A DNA stretch of 64,000 bases from Thermodesulfobacteriota bacterium (lineage in GTDB: Bacteria > Desulfobacterota > Binatia > Bin18): NCBI GenBank assembly GCA_964291405.2, contig OZ219926.1:4768001-4832000 (forward strand), in the 5' to 3' direction. This document shows positions 1 to 9,250 of this stretch, one piece after another. Position 1 is the stretch's first letter. Every line of letters starts with the position of its first letter. The position numbers and the translations under genes are program-made. The notes beneath the pieces are model-generated. The model ran no database searches. It worked only from the letters and a program-made list of their open reading frames with translations, and had not been told where the DNA came from.

Positions 1-828
1 CTCTTTTCGGATATACTCCTCATTGTTGAACCCATGGGCGTTGGACTGGAATTTTCTGCAGGTGACGGTCCTGTGATTCATCGCCCGGTTCGTTCGGGCC
101 AAGATATTGGCGCTCTACGTGAGGCGCTGCCCGAAGAATCCGTCCCCTTTGTATTTGAAACAGTCCGCAAGATCCGCAGCAGCTTGCCCAGCCATATCCC
201 TCTGATCGGCTTCTCGGGCGCGCCCTTCACCCTGGCGTCGTATTTGATTGAGGGCGGCGCATCACGTCAGTATCTGGAAACCAAGCGCCTCATGTATCAG
301 GACTCCGGGGCCTGGAACGCGCTGATGGATCAATTGGTGCGTGCTATCACCGCCTATGTAAATGCTCAGATTACGGCCGGTGCGCAGGCCATTCAGCTCT
401 TCGATTCCTGGGTTGGCTGTCTGGCCCCCCAGGACTATCGAACCTTTTTGTTACCCCATATGCAGACGCTCATCCAAGGAGTGACGCCGGGTGTTCCCCT
501 CATTCATTTCGGCACGGGCACGGCCGGCATTCTGGAACTGCTGGCCGAAGCGGGTGGGGATGTGATTGGGGTGGACTGGCGAACCGATCTTGATGTGGCC
601 TGGGAGCGGATCGGTGCAGACCGAGCCGTCCAGGGCAATCTTGATCCATTGGCTCTTTTTGCTCCTCTGGATACCTTACGCCAACAGGTGCAACGTATTC
701 TGGATCAGGCCAGGGGCAGAGAGGGCCATATTTTCAACCTGGGACACGGCATTGTACCACAAACTCCGGTGGATAATGTGATTGCGCTGGTCGATATGGT
801 GCACGAATTTTCGAGTCGGACAGGGTGA
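1..828 (+). CDS. hemE: Uroporphyrinogen decarboxylase (5' truncated by window edge)
   Basis: Frame is open from base 1 (LFSDILL). Motifs LIGFSGAPFTLASY, IQLFDSW, QGNLDP and HIFNLGHG are present. Confidence 0.95.
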   Translation, partial: LFSDILLIVEPMGVGLEFSAGDGPVIHRPVRSGQDIGALREALPEESVPFVFETVRKIRSSLPSHIPLIGFSGAPFTLASYLIEGGASRQYLETKRLMYQDSGAWNALMDQLVRAITAYVNAQITAGAQAIQLFDSWVGCLAPQDYRTFLLPHMQTLIQGVTPGVPLIHFGTGTAGILELLAEAGGDVIGVDWRTDLDVAWERIGADRAVQGNLDPLALFAPLDTLRQQVQRILDQARGREGHIFNLGHGIVPQTPVDNVIALVDMVHEFSSRTG

Positions 829-870
829 TAGTCCCGGCGTCAAAAAGGCGCAAATCACAGCCTATTTCCT

Positions 871-1796
871 ATGCAATACGACGCCGTTCTTTTGATTGCC
901 TTTGGCGGGCCGGAAAAAATGGATGACGTGCGGCCCTTTTTGGCGAATGTCCTGCGCGGTCGTCCCGTACCGCCGGCCCGACTGCAAGAAGTTGTCCGAC
1001 ACTACGAGGTGTTTGACGGTCGCTCGCCCTTGAACGAGATTACCTTTCGTCAAGCGGAAGCAGTCCGACGCTATCTGGCCCAAGAAGGTCAGTCGCTGCC
1101 GGTATATGTCGGCATGCGGAACTGGCATCCCTATATAGCCGAGACCCTGGAACAGATGGGGCGGGACGGAGTGAAAAACACCGTTGGCTTCATTCTCTCC
1201 GCTCAGCAGAGCGAGGCCGGCTGGGAGCGGTATAAGATGAATGTGGCAGAGGCCAGAGAAAGGGTGGGGCCGCTCGCGCCCCAGGTGAGCTTTACCGCTG
1301 GCTGGTATAATCACCCCTTATTCATTCAGGCGGTGGCCGATTTGACGAAACAAGCGTTCTTCGTCTCTTCCGGCGGACCGTCGTGGGGCGGACTCCTCTG
1401 GTCTATACCGCCCATAGTGTGCCGACCTCCATGCCGAGCAGCCGGGAATACGTCCGACAGGTCGAAGAGGGCGCGCGTCTGGTCGCAGCGTGCATTGGGC
1501 ACAAAAACTGGTCGGTAGCCTATCAGAGTCGGAGCGGCCCGCCCCAGATGCCGTGGCTGGAGCCGGATATAGGCGATGTGCTCAAGGAGCTTGCCGCTCA
1601 GGGGGTGTACGATGTCGTCGTCGTGCCCATCGGCTTTGTGTGTGACCACATCGAGGTCCTGTACGATCTGGATACGGAGGCGAGGGGGATTGCCGAAAGG
1701 AACGGCCTGAATATGATCCGTGCCCGGACGGTCAACGCGCATCCACACTTTATTCGGATGATCGCCGAGGTGGTCCGAGCGACCCTGAATCAATAG
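871..1796 (+). CDS. hemH: Ferrochelatase / coproporphyrin ferrochelatase, frameshifted near 1360-1388
   Basis: N-half has LLIAFGGPE, SPL and GMRNWHP (ORF 871..1518). C-half has TAHSVP, AYQSR, WLEPD and GFVCDHIEVLYDLD (ORF 1383..1796). It lies between hemE and hemG. Confidence 0.9.
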
Positions 1797-1835
1797 AGCG
1801 GGTGAGCGTCGTACAGCTCGACACGAAACTGTCGT

Positions 1836-3305
1836 ATGTCTCTTTCTCCAGAGAGCAATCCCAGAGTGCCCCATATCGTTATTGTCGGTGGTGGTATTGC
1901 CGGTCTGGCCGCAGCCTACAGACTCGAAGAATTGAGCCGAGAACGAGAGCAGCCGCTTCGATTTACGCTGTTGGAGGCCAGCGACCGGCTTGGCGGAGTC
2001 ATTGCAACGGAACAGAGAGATGATTTTCTGCTTGAACTCGGGCCAGATTCCTTTATCTCGGAAAAACCCTGGGCTTTAGCCCTGTGTCGTCGCCTGGGGC
2101 TTGAGCCGGAACTCCTGGGGACCAACGACGCGCACCGTTCTACATTTGTTGTCCACAAAGGGAAGCTGGAGCCCCTGCCACAAGGGTTTATGTTACTGGC
2201 CCCCACCCAGTTTGGTCCCTTGATGCGCTCGCGTATTTTTTCCTGGTCGGGGAAATTGCGTATGGCGCTCGATCTCGTGCTGCCTCGTGCCAAGGGACAA
2301 AGTGATGAAAGCCTTGGCTCGTTTGTCCGGAGACGACTCGGGCGAGAAGCGCTCGAACGCATTGCGCAACCCCTTATTGGCGGCATCTATACGGCCGACC
2401 CTGACCAACTCAGTCTTGCCTCGACCATGCCGCGTTTTCTGCAAATGGAGCGTGAGCATCGGAGCGTGATTTATGCGCTCTGGCGAAGGGCTCGTCGTAA
2501 TCCCCATACGACAAAGGGCACGAGCGGCGCGCGCTGGAGTTTGTTTGTCACCCTGCAAACCGGCATGCAGTGCCTCGTTTCTGCTCTGACCGAACGCCTC
2601 AGCCTCGGGACCCTGCGTCGGCGCTGTCCGGTAACGAGTGTCCGCTTTCAGCCGGTGGGATCGGACGAGACCCGCTGGACGGTGGACTGTGCCGACGGCT
2701 CCAGCCTCCACGCCGATGGTTTGGTACTGGCAACGCCGGCCTTTGCCGCGGCACAGCTTGTGCATGGGTTTGACCGCGCTTTGAGCCAGCACCTTTCTGG
2801 TATTCTCTACAGTTCCACGGCCACGGTGAATATGGCCTACCGTCGCGACCAGATTCCCCATCCGCTGAACGGGTTCGGTTTTGTGGTGCCACGGGTGGAG
2901 CAGCGTTCCATTCTTGCCGGGACTTTTTCGAGCGTGAAATACGCAGGACGCGCACCGAGCGACCATGCCCTATTACGTACCTTTGTGGGGGGAGCGCTCC
3001 AGGCCGAGCTGTTTGAGCGGGATGACGCTGAAATCCTCGCTCTGGTCCGTAGCGAGCTGAACCAGTTGCTTGGGATTGAAGCCGAACCCCTCCTGACCCG
3101 TATCGCCCGCTATCCGCAGTCCATGCCGCAGTACCGCGTCGGGCATCTTCAGCTCGTTGACGAGATCGAAGAACAAGTAGCCGGGCATCCGGGTCTGGCG
3201 CTTGCCGGCAACGCTTATCGTGGGGTTGGTCTGGCCGACTGTGTGCGGAGTGGAGAAGCCGCGGCTGAGGCGGTGTTTGCCGGGTGTATGGCCAAGCCGC
3301 TGTAG
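1836..3305 (+). CDS. hemG: Protoporphyrinogen/coproporphyrinogen oxidase (HemY type)
   Basis: GGGIAGL FAD motif, LGG..ELGPDSF, MPQYRVGH and GVGLADCV; heme operon context. Confidence 0.93.
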   Translation: MSLSPESNPRVPHIVIVGGGIAGLAAAYRLEELSREREQPLRFTLLEASDRLGGVIATEQRDDFLLELGPDSFISEKPWALALCRRLGLEPELLGTNDAHRSTFVVHKGKLEPLPQGFMLLAPTQFGPLMRSRIFSWSGKLRMALDLVLPRAKGQSDESLGSFVRRRLGREALERIAQPLIGGIYTADPDQLSLASTMPRFLQMEREHRSVIYALWRRARRNPHTTKGTSGARWSLFVTLQTGMQCLVSALTERLSLGTLRRRCPVTSVRFQPVGSDETRWTVDCADGSSLHADGLVLATPAFAAAQLVHGFDRALSQHLSGILYSSTATVNMAYRRDQIPHPLNGFGFVVPRVEQRSILAGTFSSVKYAGRAPSDHALLRTFVGGALQAELFERDDAEILALVRSELNQLLGIEAEPLLTRIARYPQSMPQYRVGHLQLVDEIEEQVAGHPGLALAGNAYRGVGLADCVRSGEAAAEAVFAGCMAKPL

Positions 3306-3317
3306 CCTCACTTTTCC

Positions 3318-3823
3318 CTATAGATCAAGCTCTCTTGTCATTTCGATAACGTGCAGGGAAGGGTAAGAGGGTAACAGATCGGTTTTCCCCGTAGGAACAA
3401 AACCTGAAGATTTATACAGTTTCATGGCCGGGCTATTACCGACGGTGACCCAGAGCCCCATGCGCTTCGCCCCCTGAGCGGTGGCCCAGGACATTGCCCT
3501 ATGAAGGAGTTGCTTGCCAATTCCTTTGCCACGTGCCGTGGGAGAAACCCACATGCTGCCACCTGAGCGACGTGTCTATCGGTGGTTTCCAGGTGTCCGT
3601 AGGTTATACCGACGGGCTCTTCATTGAGAAAAGCAATAAAGAATTCGTGATGTGAAAAGCGCAAATTTTTCGCAAGTTGCTGCCAGTACGCTTCCGGCTC
3701 GCCCTGAATTTCCTCAATTGTCTGGGCAAACGCATCAGGAGCATCCGTAAGCGCCCGCATCCGTAGTTCTCTCAGCAACTCCCATTCGTCTGTCTGTAAC
3801 GGCCTTATCGAGAGACTTTTCAT
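3318..3823 (-). CDS. GNAT family N-acetyltransferase, single frameshift near 3560
   Basis: N-part has LRELRMRALTDAPDAF. C-part has MWVSPTARGKGIGKQLL and N..A..LY...GF. Adding one G restores VAQVGSMWV. Confidence 0.8.
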
Positions 3824-4036
3824 GGCCCTAATTCAAGATCATCAGTCATACCGTTACTGCGCTGTCAAGTGGAAGATAGGCGTATCCGAAAACAACACGA
3901 CTGCTTACATAGGTTGGCCTCGTGTGCCGACACTCGAACTCTCTCCCTTTATCTTTACTTAACGTTTACTTGAGTAGTCGGGGAGGGGTTGCTATGGTGC
4001 TGCCTTACTGTCGGTAATGGAGAGGGGTTGGGGCAA

Positions 4037-4801
4037 GTGATTCGGGTATTCCCCCGCATTGAGAACGCCAGGCTCATGGACCTGTTTCGGAAGGGCGTTG
4101 AGGGGCAGTGGTCAGCGGCCGAAATTGACTGGACGCAGCCGTTGTCGCTCGGTCGTCACGAACAGCGCGCTTTGGCCATGGTGCTGACTCCGATCTATCT
4201 GGGTGAGCAAACGGCCATGATTGGGGCCAGCTCGACCATCCCGCAGTGTTTCGCCGCCCATGAGACCGAAGCCCAACTCTATCTCTCCACCTTTCTTTTG
4301 GACGAAGCCCGCCATTTCGAGACCTTGACCCGCTTCTATAACACCCTGAACCAGCGTCCGCTCGAAGTCCGTCAGCTCAAAGATATGTTCCGCTATCAGG
4401 CGCGCCTGTTCAAATCACGGGATCGGATTGAATGGCTGTGGGGGATACTGCTCAGCGATATTCTGGCCCGCCATTTCTACAGCATCCTGGCGAAGGCCCA
4501 CCCCACCTCTCTCTTCGCCTCCATCGCGAATCGCATCTTACGCGACGAGGCCCGCCATCTGGCATTTGCCGAACTCTATCTCCGTGCCGTGTTGGAACGT
4601 GAACCGCAGTTCGGTCCGGTCTTTCTCAAGATGCGAGACGAACTACTCCGGCTGATGGAGGCGATGTATGAGGCCCTGAAAGCCGAGGCGCTGCTGATCG
4701 GCATTGATGGGCAGACTTTGTTCGGGAAGGTAAGGCGGGACATTGAGAACAAGGCCCGGCGGCTTCACCTCCCCGAAGCAGAAAGCCCGACAGAAGAATG
4801 A
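4037..4801 (+). CDS. Ferritin-like diiron-carboxylate protein (R2/AurF/desaturase-like fold)
   Basis: GEQ, then DEARH twice; W...IDW at the N-terminus. GTG start chosen inside ORF 3989..4801. Confidence 0.75.
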   Translation: MIRVFPRIENARLMDLFRKGVEGQWSAAEIDWTQPLSLGRHEQRALAMVLTPIYLGEQTAMIGASSTIPQCFAAHETEAQLYLSTFLLDEARHFETLTRFYNTLNQRPLEVRQLKDMFRYQARLFKSRDRIEWLWGILLSDILARHFYSILAKAHPTSLFASIANRILRDEARHLAFAELYLRAVLEREPQFGPVFLKMRDELLRLMEAMYEALKAEALLIGIDGQTLFGKVRRDIENKARRLHLPEAESPTEE

Positions 4802-6102
4802 GTCGGCCGTCCCCGCCTGCTAAAAATGCCTCCGCTGTGCGTTTCCCCCGTTGGCCGCGAGGCAATACGCCCCAATGGATTGCCGAGCGCCAGGAACGCC
4901 TGCGGACACTGACCCACTGGGATGCTGAATATCAGCACGTGTTAGACGGCCAACTCGATGCGCTGACCCCCTTCCAGGAATGTCTGACCGGTCAGATGAC
5001 GCTGCCCGTTGGGGTCGTTGGCCCGCTGAGGCTGAACTGGGGCCAGTACGAACTCGACCGGCAGGGACAACTGTACGAGCGCGGCCGACAAGAAGATCAG
5101 GTTTTCGTGCCTCTGGCCCATACTGAAGGCGGACTCTCGGCATCGATTCAACGCGGAGTGACTGCCGTGGCACTTGCCGGGGGCGTCCGCACCTATGTGC
5201 TGGCCGACCGGATCACCCGAGACTCGTGCTTTGTGTTCTCTTCTACGCAAGAGGCGCTCAGTCTGGCTGATTGGGTCGCGGCGCATGCCGAGGATATGGC
5301 CACCTGGCTCAAAGACGCCGCCCATCCCTCGCTCTCGGATCATTTGCTCAGCCGCCATGCGGTGCTGCACGAGGTGCAGACCCATGTGGTCGGCCCCATG
5401 TGCCACGTCCTATACCGTTTCACGACCGGTGACGCCTGCGGGCCCAATATGATGACGCGCAACGCCTATGCGCTCAACCATGCCTATATTAGCGAACGCT
5501 TCGCAGCCGAGTCCGGCATCAGGCCGCTGCGTGTATTTCTCGAAGCCAATATGGGAGGCGATAAAAAACCGAGTCATGCCTTTTTTCAGTTTCCGGGGCA
5601 CGGCAAGGTTGTCCATGCCGAAATCACCCTGCCCAACGCGGTTTTGCGGCGAGTCCTGCGCGTTGAGGCTACGGACATCCTCGCCCTGGAACATGCCGGA
5701 CTTCACGGCGCGCACGCGAGTGGCATGCAGTCTTTTGCCTTTACTCCAGCCTCAGCCATTGCGGCTATTTTTGCCGCCACTGGCCAGGACCTGGGCATGG
5801 TTGGAACCAGCAGCATGGCGCAGGTCACGGTTAGTCCGGTTAGTGACGGTCTGCACCTCTCCATTCGGTTTGCCGGCTTAGAGGTGGGTACGCTCGGGGG
5901 GGGGACGAGCCTGCCGCACGCACGCTCGTATCTGCAACTGATGGACTGCTGGGGAGAGGGCAAGGTGTACCGGTTTGCCCAAATCATTGCGGCAACCGCC
6001 CTGTGCCTCGAACTCTCAGCCTCGGCCAGTATGGCCGCGGAGGGGAGCCGGAATTTTCTGCAAGCCCACCTTGAGCGCGGCGGACTGCGAGCGAACGAGT
6101 AA
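4798..6102 (+). CDS. Divergent class I HMG-CoA reductase-like protein
   Basis: LPVGVVGPL, PLAHTEGGLSAS, TGDACGPNM, GDKK, ATGQD, VGTLGGGT and a C-terminal His (AHL). Confidence 0.8.
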   Translation: MSRPSPPAKNASAVRFPRWPRGNTPQWIAERQERLRTLTHWDAEYQHVLDGQLDALTPFQECLTGQMTLPVGVVGPLRLNWGQYELDRQGQLYERGRQEDQVFVPLAHTEGGLSASIQRGVTAVALAGGVRTYVLADRITRDSCFVFSSTQEALSLADWVAAHAEDMATWLKDAAHPSLSDHLLSRHAVLHEVQTHVVGPMCHVLYRFTTGDACGPNMMTRNAYALNHAYISERFAAESGIRPLRVFLEANMGGDKKPSHAFFQFPGHGKVVHAEITLPNAVLRRVLRVEATDILALEHAGLHGAHASGMQSFAFTPASAIAAIFAATGQDLGMVGTSSMAQVTVSPVSDGLHLSIRFAGLEVGTLGGGTSLPHARSYLQLMDCWGEGKVYRFAQIIAATALCLELSASASMAAEGSRNFLQAHLERGGLRANE

Positions 6103-6116
6103 AGACGAGAAGCCGG

Positions 6117-7022
6117 ATGCCCACGGCCCGCCTTATTGTCAACCCGACCTCGGGGGGAGGACGGGGGGCGAGGATTGCTCGCCAAGCCAGCCTGGAACTA
6201 CAACGGCGTGGATGCCCACACGAAGTGCTGTATAGCAGCGCGCCAGCTGCCCCCGCTGCGCTGGCCGCTCAGGCAGTTCGGGATGGCTGCACCCTGGTGG
6301 TCGGCCTGGGCGGCGACGGCTTGATCCATGCGGTTGCAAACAGCCTGGTCGGGACGCCGGCGACGCTGGGCATTGTTCCGGCCGGGCGCGGAAACGATAT
6401 TGCGCGCGGCCTGGATATTCCGTTGCGTCTGACCGAGGCGTGTGAGTTGATCGCGCAATATGGCGCGCACGCTGCCCAGTCCGTCCCCCGTATTGATGTT
6501 GGGCAGGCGCATGAGCGCTATTTCTTGTCGGTGGCGTTGGTCGGTTTGGCGGCAGAGATTAACCGTCGCTCAAACCTGATGGGCCGCTTTCGCTTTAACG
6601 CCGTGTATTCGGCATTGACCGTTCTGTCCGTCTTCCTTTCCGCGCCACGGACGTTCACGATTCGTTGCGACGGTCATGAGCAGCGCTGCTATAGCTGGCT
6701 GATTGCCGTCGGTAACGCGTGGAGTTCAGGACGGGGCATGCAACTCGTGCCCGGAGCTCGGGTTGATGACGGTGTCCTGGACGCCTGTGTGGTACATGGG
6801 ATGGGTAAATGGGAACTCCTGCTGCGGGCCTTCCCGCGCGTCTTTAGTGGCACCCACGTCTATCTGACCGGGATCGAGAGTTTGCGTGGGAGAGAAATGG
6901 TTATCCGTTCGGAGACTCCAGGGGATATTTACGCCGACGGTGAACGCCTGGGCTCCCTGCCGGTGACGTTGCGAGCGGTTCCCCAGGCCCTATCAGTCAT
7001 TCGTCCCGCCCGAAATCGCTAG
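6117..7022 (+). CDS. Diacylglycerol/sphingosine kinase family (YegS/DgkB-like) lipid kinase
   Basis: VNPTSG, GGDG, PAGRGND, DDGVLD and ADGE motifs. Confidence 0.9.
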   Translation: MPTARLIVNPTSGGGRGARIARQASLELQRRGCPHEVLYSSAPAAPAALAAQAVRDGCTLVVGLGGDGLIHAVANSLVGTPATLGIVPAGRGNDIARGLDIPLRLTEACELIAQYGAHAAQSVPRIDVGQAHERYFLSVALVGLAAEINRRSNLMGRFRFNAVYSALTVLSVFLSAPRTFTIRCDGHEQRCYSWLIAVGNAWSSGRGMQLVPGARVDDGVLDACVVHGMGKWELLLRAFPRVFSGTHVYLTGIESLRGREMVIRSETPGDIYADGERLGSLPVTLRAVPQALSVIRPARNR

Positions 7023-7096
7023 GCAAACGGGGAGGTGTGTGGTACACGGGGGTCGAATCGACCACGAAGACTGCAACTGGAAATTAAGGAGAGATT

Positions 7097-7873
7097 ATGG
7101 CCTTTCAGGAAGAGTTTCTTGATATCCGTGGCAAGAATATCCAAATGCTCAGCGGCGGGAATGGGGACCCGCTCCTGTATCTCCATAGTGCGGGCGGCGA
7201 GGTGGCTTGGCTGCCTTTTTTCGAGCAACTCGCGCAACATTATACTGTGTATGTGCCCGGCCATCCGGGTTTTAGCCGCTCTGAGGGCTTGGATCAGATC
7301 GATACTATAGAAGACTTGGTTTTTCACTATACAGATTTGATGGACCATATCGGGCTCGACCAGCCCTATGTGGCCGGTCTCTCGCTCGGGGGCTGGCTGG
7401 CCGCCGAACTGGCAACGCGCTATAGCAATCGTCTGAAAAAGTTGGCCCTGATCAACCCTGCCGGGCTGCGCGTGCCCGGCTCTCCCATGGCCGATATTTT
7501 TGCGGCAGACCCACAGGAAACGCGCCGTTTAGTCTTCCATACGCCGGAGTCGGAGCTCGCCAGGAGCTTTATCCCGGATGACCCACCCCAAGAGGTCCTG
7601 GAAAACGCCTTACGCGCCCGCGAAGCCACGGCCCGTGTAGGCTGGAATCCCTATCTCTGCAATCCAAAACTGCGCAGCCGGCTGTACCGGGTGACCGTCC
7701 CAACCCTGATTGTCTGGGGCGAGTCCGACCAATTGATTCCGCTCGCCCACGGGCATGCCTATCATGAGGGGATTGAAGGTTCACAGCTTGCCATGATTTC
7801 CGACTGCGGCCACGCACCGCCGTTTGAAAAACCCGAAGAAACCGTGACGCATTTAACCGGGTTTTTTCAGTAG
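7097..7873 (+). CDS. Alpha/beta hydrolase
   Basis: GLSLGG nucleophile elbow, WGESD and CGH; strong RBS (AAGGAG). Confidence 0.88.
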   Translation: MAFQEEFLDIRGKNIQMLSGGNGDPLLYLHSAGGEVAWLPFFEQLAQHYTVYVPGHPGFSRSEGLDQIDTIEDLVFHYTDLMDHIGLDQPYVAGLSLGGWLAAELATRYSNRLKKLALINPAGLRVPGSPMADIFAADPQETRRLVFHTPESELARSFIPDDPPQEVLENALRAREATARVGWNPYLCNPKLRSRLYRVTVPTLIVWGESDQLIPLAHGHAYHEGIEGSQLAMISDCGHAPPFEKPEETVTHLTGFFQ

Positions 7874-7895
7874 GGCTCCGCCTTGCCTGCACGTT

Positions 7896-8546
7896 ATGGA
7901 CCAGCGTTTGACCCCGGACATGTTCGAGCGCCTCGACGAGAACGACGATGCGCTCTTTTATACGCTGCCGCGTAAACTGGTGCATATCGATGATGGAGCG
8001 ATTGCCGCCGCCGGCCAATGTATGGCCCAGACGTTTGCGCCGGACGGTGTCCTCCTGGATCTCATGAGCAGTTGGCGTACGCATCTGCCCGAAGGGTTTG
8101 TGAAGCAAAAATGCATCGGACTCGGGCTGAACGCCGAGGAGATGGCGGATAACCCGGACCTGGATGAATATATTGTTCACAACCTCAACGTCGATCCGCA
8201 GCTCCCCTTTGCTGACGCCTCCTTTGATGGGGTGGTTGTCACCGTCTCGATTCAATACATGATCCAACCGGTTGAAGTTTTTGCTGAAGTGAATCGGATA
8301 TTGAAGCCCGGCTGTCCCTTTCTGGTGCTCTACTCCAACCGCATGTTTCCAACCAAAGCCATCCGCCTGTGGCATATGTTGAGAGATAAGGGTCGGGCCG
8401 AGTTGATTACCGCCTATTTCCAGCAGGCCGGCGGCTACGAGGCCGCGACCTTTGAGGACTGGAGTCCCAATCCGGGCGGCTCTGATCCCATGTTTGCCGT
8501 CTATGCGCGCAAGCAAAACACCCCAGAAACACCGGGCACACGATAG
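7896..8546 (+). CDS. Class I SAM-dependent methyltransferase (type 11-like)
   Basis: LDLMSSW, GLGLNAEEM, LPFADASFD and RILKPG. Confidence 0.8.
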   Translation: MDQRLTPDMFERLDENDDALFYTLPRKLVHIDDGAIAAAGQCMAQTFAPDGVLLDLMSSWRTHLPEGFVKQKCIGLGLNAEEMADNPDLDEYIVHNLNVDPQLPFADASFDGVVVTVSIQYMIQPVEVFAEVNRILKPGCPFLVLYSNRMFPTKAIRLWHMLRDKGRAELITAYFQQAGGYEAATFEDWSPNPGGSDPMFAVYARKQNTPETPGTR

Positions 8547-8554
8547 AAAACCTT

Positions 8555-9187
8555 GTGGCCTCACGCCTGATTTATCCGAAACTGGTTGTTGAGCAAAACC
8601 TGTGGCGAGCCGGGCTTCACATTGTTGCTGGAGTAGACGAGGTCGGCATGGGGCCCCTCGCCGGTCCGGTGGTGGCTGCCGCAGTCGTTTTTCCCCCAAG
8701 ACCGTCGGATGAGCGGCTGCCGGAGTCTTTCCCGGCGGGCGTGCGCGATTCCAAGACCTTGACGCAGAAAGCTCGGGAACGTCTTGAGGTGGCAATCCGT
8801 CAGATCGCAACGGGCATCGGTATCGGGCTGGTTGAGGTCGAGGAGATTGACCAAATCAACATCTATCAGGCGGGCTTGAAAGCCATGCGTTTGGCCCTCG
8901 ACCATCTTCCAGCTCGACCCGAACACGTGCTGATAGATGGCCGTTTGCTGCCAGACTATCCGATACCTCAATCCACTTTTCAGAAGGGGGATCGGGATAT
9001 TTACTCCATTGCCGCGGCCTCGATTGTTGCGAAAACGTACCGTGACCGGCTCATGCTTGAGTTGGACCAACGCTACCCTCAGTACGGATTTGCCCGCCAT
9101 AGAGGATACGGCACGGCCGCCCATCGCGAGGCTCTGCGCGCCCACGGACCGTGCCCGGCTCATCGACGTTCATTTCGGTTGCTCTAG
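8555..9187 (+). CDS. rnhB: Ribonuclease HII
   Basis: GVDEVGMGPLAGPV, DSK, SIAAASIVAK, GYGT and HRRSF. Confidence 0.95.
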   Translation: MASRLIYPKLVVEQNLWRAGLHIVAGVDEVGMGPLAGPVVAAAVVFPPRPSDERLPESFPAGVRDSKTLTQKARERLEVAIRQIATGIGIGLVEVEEIDQINIYQAGLKAMRLALDHLPARPEHVLIDGRLLPDYPIPQSTFQKGDRDIYSIAAASIVAKTYRDRLMLELDQRYPQYGFARHRGYGTAAHREALRAHGPCPAHRRSFRLL

Positions 9188-9250
9188 TGGCTCCGGTTCA
9201 CTTTCAACCTTCCCCTATTGGTGGCTATACTAAAAGGGTAGGAGGAGTGT

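Noticed and set aside
3545-3570. Programmed frameshift in the GNAT gene
   Set aside because: A single missing G in a G-run with no slippery site is better explained by sequencing error.
7569-8810. Long antisense ORFs (413 aa here; similar ones at 27978-29042 and 49838-50902)
   Set aside because: They are shadows of well-supported genes in GC-rich DNA and show no recognisable motifs.
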